Of a DNA stretch of 12,735 nucleotides, positions 1 to 6,887 are shown in pieces. The notes under the pieces were generated by a model that saw only the letters and a list, made by a program, of their open reading frames with translations, did not search any database and had not been told where the DNA came from. The number at the start of each line of letters is the position of its first letter. Within the stretch, counting starts at the first letter, position 1. The translations under genes were made by a program, and so were the position numbers. Source of the DNA: Oligoflexales bacterium (lineage in GTDB: Bacteria; Bdellovibrionota_B; Oligoflexia; Oligoflexales; Bog-1112); the NCBI GenBank assembly GCA_045106415.1, contig JBGCEP010000053.1, forward strand, positions 1-12,735, written 5' to 3'.

Positions 1-2
1 AT

Positions 3-728
3 AGTGAAGAAGCACACAGTGAGTGGCTGAATCTTCTTGAAAATGAATCTACTGCTCTCACTTCATTCATACCTCACAGTAGGCATATGCCTGAAATACC
101 CGGACGTGTTTACGATCAGCGTTTTTCACATCACGATCACAACCTCACCGAGGGCTATACGCACTCGATTCTTTTAGATGATGATAATCTAGCTCTTCAT
201 GCCGAAATCCAAGCAGAACGGACAGGTGAGTTTCGCAGTTTTATCCTTTTGGATAAGATGAAATACGCCGATACTTTTTACTACAACCTCTTTCAAAACA
301 CTCAGGATTGCCACACACATCATATGAGACCGTGTGTTCAACTCCACATACTAGGGCAAGATCTTGAAGACAACGAGTTCACCAAACATATTCATAGATT
401 TTTTGATCTTGTCAATTGGGAAACATTAAGAGAGGAAAATCATCCTGATATTGCAACAATTTATACCAAAATATCTTTATGCGCATCCAGATTATTTCAG
501 CTGAAAACCTTAATGTTTAGGGCAACACCTCAATACCAAGAAATGGTTAAAAAAGTATCCAAACAGCTCAAGACAAATTTTAGACAAAGTCTGATGGAGC
601 AGTGGCTCGAAGATTTTACTCCATCACACAATTTAAACCACCAGAATCCTCTTATTAAAACACGACATGCTCTCTATAAAAACGCCAAAAATGGAATATC
701 TATATGGGGTTCACAATACATTCCATAA
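3..728 (+). CDS. Hypothetical protein, probably 5'-truncated by the window edge
   Basis: The frame of the 87..728 ORF is open back to position 3 (SEEAHSEWLNLLENESTALTSFIPHSRH-MPE...), so the true start is probably upstream of the window. It ends at TAA 726-728. His-rich, with no motif I recognise. Confidence 0.6.
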   Translation, partial: SEEAHSEWLNLLENESTALTSFIPHSRHMPEIPGRVYDQRFSHHDHNLTEGYTHSILLDDDNLALHAEIQAERTGEFRSFILLDKMKYADTFYYNLFQNTQDCHTHHMRPCVQLHILGQDLEDNEFTKHIHRFFDLVNWETLREENHPDIATIYTKISLCASRLFQLKTLMFRATPQYQEMVKKVSKQLKTNFRQSLMEQWLEDFTPSHNLNHQNPLIKTRHALYKNAKNGISIWGSQYIP

Positions 729-786
729 TACTCTTAGCTTCACGCACTATTTTTCCACAAAATATACAGTTAAACTTAATTTATAA

Positions 787-829
787 ATCGGTTATAGCTT
801 CAAGTTAATTCATTGAAGCTATAACCGAT
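787..829. repeat. Perfect 17-bp inverted repeat with 9-nt loop (possible terminator or operator)
   Basis: ATCGGTTATAGCTTCAA (787-803), loop GTTAATTCA, TTGAAGCTATAACCGAT (813-829). It lies in the spacer between the ORF ending at 728 and the GH19 gene. The repeat is certain; its function is not. Confidence 0.85.
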
Positions 830-833
830 AACT

Positions 834-928
834 TTGACAGAAGTTTCAAAAATAATTATGAAACATAAATGAAGAAAATCTCTTTCTCAGTTATAATGAC
901 ATAGCTCACTTTTCTGTTACTAAAGAGG
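834..928 (+). promoter_or_regulatory. Candidate sigma70-type promoter elements and RBS for the GH19 gene
   Basis: TTGACA at 834-839, with TATGAA 17 nt downstream. A separate perfect TATAAT lies at 892-897 and GAGG at 925-928, 5 nt before GTG 934. The two perfect hexamers are too far apart to form one promoter. Confidence 0.35.
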
Positions 929-933
929 TTTTC

Positions 934-2454
934 GTGCAGAAGCTTTATTTTTCTTTAATTTTTATCTTTTTTATTTTCTCATCTTGTTCAACTCGAAAAA
1001 AATCGAATAATCCTTCCAAAACAATCATTCCTGAGTACATCCAACAAAAAAAACAGACAAGTACCACTGGACAAACATCATCTACAGCAAACTCAATTGG
1101 ATCTCAATCCACAGGCCAGCAATCACCCTCCCAAAATTCTTCTTCTACATCAACACCGTCGGCTCAAGCATCCACATGCTCAAGCAAAGAGACTGATCTC
1201 CGAGATGACTGCGTTTCCTCAGACACCATCGCGATTGCAAATAAAGTTCTTGAGATTATCGATACCTCAAACACAATTAACCAAATGAATACAAATATTT
1301 TAACTTCAATAACTCCCACCAACACTCGGATTGAATCTACCGTTTATCGATGGGCTGATTTTCTTGAAGCTTACAAAGTCATCGCTATAGAAGGAATCGA
1401 TGGAAAGGTGTTTTCACCAGGAAAACAAACCAAGTCTGGGTTGATTAATATTGCTATTTTTTTAGGTCAATCTATGCATGAAACAATTCAATATAATGCT
1501 TGTGATGAAAATAATTGGTCCATAGGCTTGGGGTATCCAGATTATCCTGCCACAGCCTCTTGTGGACAAGCCGGCCAAGACTATTCTGCATATAACTGCA
1601 CAGCCACTGAAGAACATATGCAATGCCCTGTTAACTCACAAATGGAGCAACAAGCAAGTACTATGGCTACTTGGTATGGAGCTCCACCACCCCTTTTCTG
1701 TGCACCTAAGTCCAAAACAGGTGAAAACCTTCCTCGCTGGAATGCGTATGCAACTTGTACACCGGACAGCTCTATCGCTGCAGATCTTCCCAATTGGATC
1801 AACGATAATATTAAAAATATCGAGAACCCTTCATGCCAGGCCTACCCTGGGCAGCAAGGCGGTGCTTTCACTCTTGCTGGGTGTGATGCAACAGGATGTA
1901 AAAATGCAGAGACTATGGATACAGCGGGAGGAGAAATCCGCACTGATGTTGAAGGTTGCTGCTGGTGGGGTCGTGGCGTGATTCAAACAACTGGCGTTTG
2001 TAATTTCGGAAAACTTAATTATTATCTTGCCGGTTGGGAATACCGTGATAATGGCGCTGGTCAGCGTATAAAAAAACAACACAACCCTAATGCCAAATAT
2101 GCTTCCATGAATATTTGTGAAGATCCAAATTCAATTTGCCAAGGCCCTAAAGAACTTAAATGGATAGCAGGTATGTTTTATTGGATAGATAGTGTTCAAG
2201 GTTACAGCAGTAAAGATTATCCTGATTTTAATTATTTAAAAATACTTGAAGGCAACGCTGAAGCCATTTTTGATGATCCAACTGGGCCTGAAGCTAAATC
2301 CTTAGTTGATAGCACATCTGGCCTTGTCAACAGAGGTTGCCCTTTAGCAACATGCCCCGGGTCTGGAGCTGTCCTAAAGTTAGGAGAAAGATATGAAAAC
2401 TTCCAGCACGTCATGGAAGTCCTCAAACCTCTTTACGCAGAACTAAAAAATTAA
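934..2454 (+). CDS. Lipoprotein with Ser/Thr/Gln-rich linker and cysteine-rich glycoside hydrolase family 19 (chitinase-like) domain
   Basis: GTG start with RBS. Hydrophobic N-terminus ending FSS-C18 (lipobox-like), then a low-complexity linker at about 1042-1185. GH19 motifs: NIAIFLGQSMHET (H182-E183-T184, catalytic Glu position), WWGRGVIQTTGVCNF (GRG-x-IQ...N motif), GMFYW and SGLVNRG. 19 Cys in total. Confidence 0.8.
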   Translation: MQKLYFSLIFIFFIFSSCSTRKKSNNPSKTIIPEYIQQKKQTSTTGQTSSTANSIGSQSTGQQSPSQNSSSTSTPSAQASTCSSKETDLRDDCVSSDTIAIANKVLEIIDTSNTINQMNTNILTSITPTNTRIESTVYRWADFLEAYKVIAIEGIDGKVFSPGKQTKSGLINIAIFLGQSMHETIQYNACDENNWSIGLGYPDYPATASCGQAGQDYSAYNCTATEEHMQCPVNSQMEQQASTMATWYGAPPPLFCAPKSKTGENLPRWNAYATCTPDSSIAADLPNWINDNIKNIENPSCQAYPGQQGGAFTLAGCDATGCKNAETMDTAGGEIRTDVEGCCWWGRGVIQTTGVCNFGKLNYYLAGWEYRDNGAGQRIKKQHNPNAKYASMNICEDPNSICQGPKELKWIAGMFYWIDSVQGYSSKDYPDFNYLKILEGNAEAIFDDPTGPEAKSLVDSTSGLVNRGCPLATCPGSGAVLKLGERYENFQHVMEVLKPLYAELKN

Positions 2455-4232
2455 GACGGATCTTTAAATAATTCAGGATCGAGCAACGCTAACCAGGTCT
2501 GTAAGATCTCATGTTTTTCATGTGCTGAATGGGTGTTCAGCCAGTTTTTTCGCCCTTCAGCAAAAACTCTAACAGCTTCATGGATATCTTCAAAACGCTG
2601 GCCTGCGGAAAGATGTTTCAAATGATTTCCTGAAGCTTTTCCATCTCCAGTCCATTTACAACAATCCTGCCATGAAAAACACTCTGCATGTGTTTTCACA
2701 TTTAAATTTTGAAACTCATCGAACTTCAACTGCATAAGCTTCACAGCATTGGATCGAGTTTTAGGGGCTCCAAAAAACCTAAAAAATGCTCCTCCCATTC
2801 CGATACTTTTTTGTATTCCGTCTGGAAAATTTTTCACATATCCTCTCAGGTGAAAAAGATCCTTAAGTTTTGATATTTCTGAGAAAATCAATCCCGACAC
2901 ACGACACTCTTCTGAATTTACAGAGCCGCCTAGAACGGGCTCTACTAACTCAAGAGTTTTTTCTAACTCAGAATCTTGACGCACACAAAGGTGCCTGGGG
3001 TGTGAACGATAAGAAGTTAAAAGAGAAAAACCTGACTCAACCCCTAACAAGTCGGGTAAAGCGACAGGCATTTGAGAGGCTTGACTTTGCAACAAAAAGG
3101 CCAATAATTCCCCAGCTAAAGAAGCTGAAAACACAAATGAATCCAAGCCTTCTTTTTGTATCAATTTGTTGAGCACCACAGGAAGATCTTTTTCTTCGGC
3201 GGCATAATGAACTGCAGTTTGTCGTGCGTAAGATTCAAAAAAACTAACACCTTTATGGCCAAATGTGCCGATGTTTTTCCAAACTTTTTCATTATTTTCT
3301 AAATCCTTGTTCCACACACGAAATGCTTTTAGAGCAAGTGATGAAACGAGGTACGGAGATCTTTTTTCTGGAAATTCTGTTAAATATTCCACCCAGGCGT
3401 TTTGAACAAACAACGTTACAATAAGAGGTAATCGGCGGCCTGCCATTTCTACAACACTGTCAAAGTCATGAAACTCACGCGCCATAAGAACTTGTGTACA
3501 AATCATTTGATATAAAGATGCTACGAGCAGAGATTCTAGCGACTTTCCCCACTGCCGAGAGACATCAATCGTCGCAAGATCACTCATAATCTTTTGCTCA
3601 AACAAAGGATTGTTCGACCACACTAGCCCATGATCTGACAGAGTAACATGATGCCCTAAAGTTTTCATCCAACGCTCAAAGACTTCACTTGAATCTGAAC
3701 CGTAAGAAAGAGCAACTGCTGTCTTATAACTCTGAAAAATAGACTCATCTATCTGGACTGTCTGAAAACGATTTGCTAACGATTTTTTCACTAAAGGTAT
3801 TTTTTGCCACGATTCTGTCCGTGTCGAACCGATCACCCATTCGACATTGGAAACACTCTGATGATGCCTTTGCAAGAAATCATCAATTGTTTGCATCATA
3901 TGAATTTCATAAAAATCGAGAGGAAAACCACCCTCTCTCACAAAAAAAGATAATTTCTCAAGGCGTTCTTTTGAGAACCACTCGTTTCTTTTTTCAAAAA
4001 AAACTGACCAGATCTCAGATACTTCACTTTGAATCTCATCGACATTATGAAGCTGTATCTTAAAGTCTTTCACAAAATCTTCAAAAGATTCCTGAGGATT
4101 GAATGCAAAAAAAGACTGATCTAAAGACTCTTCACAAACCTTACCTTCAAAAAAAACTCGATCCATGGCAGCTTGCCCCATAAGTGCATCACTCGACATA
4201 CAAAACATCATCATCACTAAAAACTGATACAT
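2451..4232 (-). CDS. Hypothetical protein, 593 aa, possibly exported
   Basis: Long ORF. Start moved from 4289 to ATG 4232 because AGAGAGGTGTTTC directly precedes it. The N-terminus MYQFLVMMMFCMSSDALMG is hydrophobic and signal-peptide-like. No family recognised. Confidence 0.7.
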   Translation of the reverse strand: MYQFLVMMMFCMSSDALMGQAAMDRVFFEGKVCEESLDQSFFAFNPQESFEDFVKDFKIQLHNVDEIQSEVSEIWSVFFEKRNEWFSKERLEKLSFFVREGGFPLDFYEIHMMQTIDDFLQRHHQSVSNVEWVIGSTRTESWQKIPLVKKSLANRFQTVQIDESIFQSYKTAVALSYGSDSSEVFERWMKTLGHHVTLSDHGLVWSNNPLFEQKIMSDLATIDVSRQWGKSLESLLVASLYQMICTQVLMAREFHDFDSVVEMAGRRLPLIVTLFVQNAWVEYLTEFPEKRSPYLVSSLALKAFRVWNKDLENNEKVWKNIGTFGHKGVSFFESYARQTAVHYAAEEKDLPVVLNKLIQKEGLDSFVFSASLAGELLAFLLQSQASQMPVALPDLLGVESGFSLLTSYRSHPRHLCVRQDSELEKTLELVEPVLGGSVNSEECRVSGLIFSEISKLKDLFHLRGYVKNFPDGIQKSIGMGGAFFRFFGAPKTRSNAVKLMQLKFDEFQNLNVKTHAECFSWQDCCKWTGDGKASGNHLKHLSAGQRFEDIHEAVRVFAEGRKNWLNTHSAHEKHEILQTWLALLDPELFKDPS

Positions 4233-4295
4233 GAAACACCTCTCTATAAGATAGATTACGAAAACACGAGACATCTTTTTTTTCAACACTAAACA

Positions 4296-5165
4296 TTAAT
4301 CAGAAAGTAAAGCTTCCATAGCAGCTTGCCCTACTTGCACTTCTATCTTTTTTTTCTCATCATCTGACAAGAATACTTCTGAAGATCGTTGAGCAAAAAT
4401 AATAGCCGCTGCACCAGCTTGAATTTCTCTTTTTTGTGCACGCTGCACAAGGTTATAAAGTTTAAACGTTTCCATCTGCAGGCTCACAGTTTCTGGGTGT
4501 TTTTGTTCTAAAAAATCAAGCAAAGTTTCATTTTTATCAATGAAATTAGCATCTCTTCGCCCTTGCGTGGCATAAAACTCTTCACACGTCACGTCCAGCC
4601 CCTCATGCGCAACAAGTCCTTTTTTCTTGATAGAAAGTTCAAATTTCTGCAAAAGGCCTTGATGACCTTCAAAAGGCTTCGACACGAGATAAGGACATTC
4701 CTTATCATCAAAATTTTGGTAATCTGTTTGAATAAGGGCAGAGCTATGCGCAACAGCAATCGATCCTACAAAAATATCAGAACGGAACGTCCCTGCTGAA
4801 CCAAGCCGAAAAAATTTAAGTCGCCCATGAGTGACTTGCGCAATCTCTCTCACAGCAAAATCCATCATGGCGATCCCCATCCCGATAGACATGAGAGTCA
4901 GCTTCTTTCCTTGAAAAGTTCCTGTATACGTATAAAAATGACGATGATTTTTTCCTACAGATCGGACATCATCCATCAAGTGCAATAAACGTTGTGCACG
5001 ACCATGATCACCAACCAATAAACAAGATGATGCGACTTCACCTTCTTTTACACCTAAATGATAAGTACGGTTCTCTTCATCCATAATTGTGTTTGTTCCA
5101 GAAGGCTGAGCGTGTAGCGAGCTATGAAAAACACAAAATACTATGAAAGTACATAAAAAATGCAT
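4296..5165 (-). CDS. Uridine phosphorylase-like nucleoside phosphorylase (NP-I / PNP_UDP_1 fold), copy 2, with predicted signal peptide
   Basis: Motifs YHLG, VGDHGRA, HRHFYTYTG, SIGMG, RLGSAG, FYATQGR, LQMETF and AQR match the E. coli Udp landmarks H8, G26/R30, R48, R91, Q166/R168, M197-E198 and R223. ATG 5165 follows AGGAG-TTTTT. It has a 19-aa leader, MHFLCTFIVFCVFHSSLHA. Confidence 0.85.
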   Translation of the reverse strand: MHFLCTFIVFCVFHSSLHAQPSGTNTIMDEENRTYHLGVKEGEVASSCLLVGDHGRAQRLLHLMDDVRSVGKNHRHFYTYTGTFQGKKLTLMSIGMGIAMMDFAVREIAQVTHGRLKFFRLGSAGTFRSDIFVGSIAVAHSSALIQTDYQNFDDKECPYLVSKPFEGHQGLLQKFELSIKKKGLVAHEGLDVTCEEFYATQGRRDANFIDKNETLLDFLEQKHPETVSLQMETFKLYNLVQRAQKREIQAGAAAIIFAQRSSEVFLSDDEKKKIEVQVGQAAMEALLSD

Positions 5166-5214
5166 AAAAACTCCTAAAGGTATGACGCATACCAACATGA
5201 CATCAGGAGTTTTT
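5166..5214 (-). promoter_or_regulatory. Nested stem-loop covering the Shine-Dalgarno sequence of phosphorylase copy 2
   Basis: The minus strand reads AAAAACTCCT gatgtcatgtt GGTATG cgt CATACC ttt AGGAGTTTTT-ATG: a 10-bp outer stem and a 6-bp inner stem. Confidence 0.6.
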
Positions 5215-5250
5215 CAATAACATTTCATTTTTAAACACAATTTCAAGACA

Positions 5251-6081
5251 TTATCTTACGATAAGCGCATTCATAGCTGCTCGACCCAGATCAATTTCGC
5301 GCGCTTCTTTTGTTGCATCGTCCAAGAAATCATTTGAAGACCTTTGCGCAACCACAATCGCAGCTGCCACTGCGTAAATCTTACGATTTTTTGCTCTCTG
5401 CGCAAGATCATAAAGCTTGAATGTTTCCATTTGTAAGCTCACAACATCAGGATATTGCTTCTGTATGGAGTCGATAAGATTTTCGTTTTTATCTAAAAAA
5501 TTAGCATCTTCTCTCCCTTGGGAAGCATAAAACTCGTCGCAAGTCACATCTAAGCCCTTACAACTCTGCAACCCTATGCTTTCTATCTCCTGCATGAAAT
5601 TTTCTAACAAGATTGTATTTGCTGAAATTTTCTGCGAAAAAGAGTAAGGGAGATCATCACTTTCAAAGTTTTTGTAATTAGTTTGAACAAGAAGAGATTC
5701 TTCAGCAACTGCGATCGATCCTACTGAAATATTTTCTTGTAAAGTGCCTGAAGATCCGACTCTCAAGATACGAAGGTCTCCTTCTGTGACCTGAGCAATT
5801 TCTCGAACAGCAAAATCCATCATAGCGACGCCCATACCGATAGACATCAACGTCAAGGGTTGGCCTTCATACATTCCTGTATACGTATAAAAATGACGAT
5901 GAGTTGTACCTACAGGCTTCACCTGATCCATCAACGGAAGCATTCTTTGTGCACGTCCATGGTCCCCAACTAACAAGCAAGAAGACGCAACTTCTCCTTT
6001 ACAAATACCAACATGATAAGTGCGCCCTTGCCGGTCCATAATAGTATTAACACCTATGGGTTGACCTAACTTTTTTTTCAT
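5251..6081 (-). CDS. Uridine phosphorylase-like nucleoside phosphorylase, copy 1, no signal peptide
   Basis: Same motif set (YHVG, VGDHGRA, SIGMG, RVGSSG, FYASQGR, LQMETF, AQR). Start set to ATG 6081 (MKKKLGQP...), 8 nt after the upstream stop, instead of 6114, which overlaps the upstream gene. Confidence 0.85.
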   Translation of the reverse strand: MKKKLGQPIGVNTIMDRQGRTYHVGICKGEVASSCLLVGDHGRAQRMLPLMDQVKPVGTTHRHFYTYTGMYEGQPLTLMSIGMGVAMMDFAVREIAQVTEGDLRILRVGSSGTLQENISVGSIAVAEESLLVQTNYKNFESDDLPYSFSQKISANTILLENFMQEIESIGLQSCKGLDVTCDEFYASQGREDANFLDKNENLIDSIQKQYPDVVSLQMETFKLYDLAQRAKNRKIYAVAAAIVVAQRSSNDFLDDATKEAREIDLGRAAMNALIVR

Positions 6082-6089
6082 CAAAAGCC

Positions 6090-6887
6090 CTAAACACCAA
6101 AAAGAGCCGTCCATGAAACGACTAATGAAAAACCATCCATATTTCCTCGTGCGCTCGAATCGATCTCTACGAGATCACCTACTTCTACCTGTGAGCCAGA
6201 GGCTCGATTTCTCAAAGATTGTGACATAAGGTGGGTTGAGCGTGTTCGATAGCGTGCAGAAAGTGGAAATACAATTCCAATATTAAGAACATATCCTTCT
6301 ATTCTAGTTTCTAGCTCAGCAGGGCTTTTTCCTTGTAAACGCTCTGGTTTTAACCAAGAGAAAAAAACACCCGGCATTAAAGCTAAGGTATTTGAACGGA
6401 TATGGTACTGAGAGATGAAACCACGGTTACGAGTGTCACTTTTCCAGCCTTGGAGGCGATGGTTTTCACCAATCTTACGCCCTACGGTATCCCAATATGT
6501 CATACCAAGTGAAAAACCGTAACCTCCATCACGGTGACGCAGGTCAATGTCTTGAGCGCTATAGCCCCATAATACACTTCCTCCTGCCCCTTGAAAATCA
6601 ACACCCAACTGCTGCCCTCTCATCGGTTCATGAGGGCCAATAATCATCATGCCTCCTAAGGATAGAAACCATGATTGAGACAAATAGACACCACTCATCG
6701 CTGTGTGTAAGCTGTTGCCTATGATTTCGTTTCCATCGCCAGCTTTAAAGCTATGCCTCATTCCTTCTAAGCCAAAACCCATGAGAGTTTTCATGCGAGT
6801 TTGAGGCATAGAGAAAAGGATCGACGACCATAAATATCCGATCATAAGCAAACAAATTCGAATGCTCTTACGACCTTGATATGACAT
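6090..6887 (-). CDS. Exported protein, putative outer-membrane beta-barrel
   Basis: Basic then hydrophobic N-terminus (MSYQGRKSIRICLLMIGYLWSSILFS). Several Gly/aromatic-rich amphipathic segments (WFLSLGGM, GGSVLWGYS, GYGFSLGMTYW, PGVFFSW, GYVLNIGIVFP, GFSLVVSWTALF). Its ATG overlaps the tatC stop (TAATG). Confidence 0.55.
   Translation of the reverse strand: MSYQGRKSIRICLLMIGYLWSSILFSMPQTRMKTLMGFGLEGMRHSFKAGDGNEIIGNSLHTAMSGVYLSQSWFLSLGGMMIIGPHEPMRGQQLGVDFQGAGGSVLWGYSAQDIDLRHRDGGYGFSLGMTYWDTVGRKIGENHRLQGWKSDTRNRGFISQYHIRSNTLALMPGVFFSWLKPERLQGKSPAELETRIEGYVLNIGIVFPLSARYRTRSTHLMSQSLRNRASGSQVEVGDLVEIDSSARGNMDGFSLVVSWTALFGV

Noticed and set aside
729..933. CRISPR array or IS end in the AT-rich spacer
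   Set aside because: Only one palindrome; no repeat-spacer periodicity, transposase or target-site duplication.
1097..2426. Short alternative-frame and antisense ORFs inside the GH19 gene (1097, 1562, 1581, 1831, 2232)
   Set aside because: Fully nested in a well-supported CDS, with no recognisable motifs; typical shadow ORFs.
2780..2810. SIGMGGAFF in the 593-aa protein resembles SIGMG(I/V)AMM of the phosphorylases
   Set aside because: Only a short match; none of the other phosphorylase motifs flank it.
3195..3225. QTAVHYAA resembles the ankyrin TxLHxAA motif
   Set aside because: Single occurrence with no 33-residue periodicity.
2870..4799. Plus-strand ORFs at 2870, 3773 and 4563
   Set aside because: Antisense to longer minus-strand genes, with no protein-like features.
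1046..6078. A/T homopolymer runs of 8-9 nt as phase-variation sites
   Set aside because: Expected in AT-rich sequence with Lys/Phe codons; all reading frames are intact.
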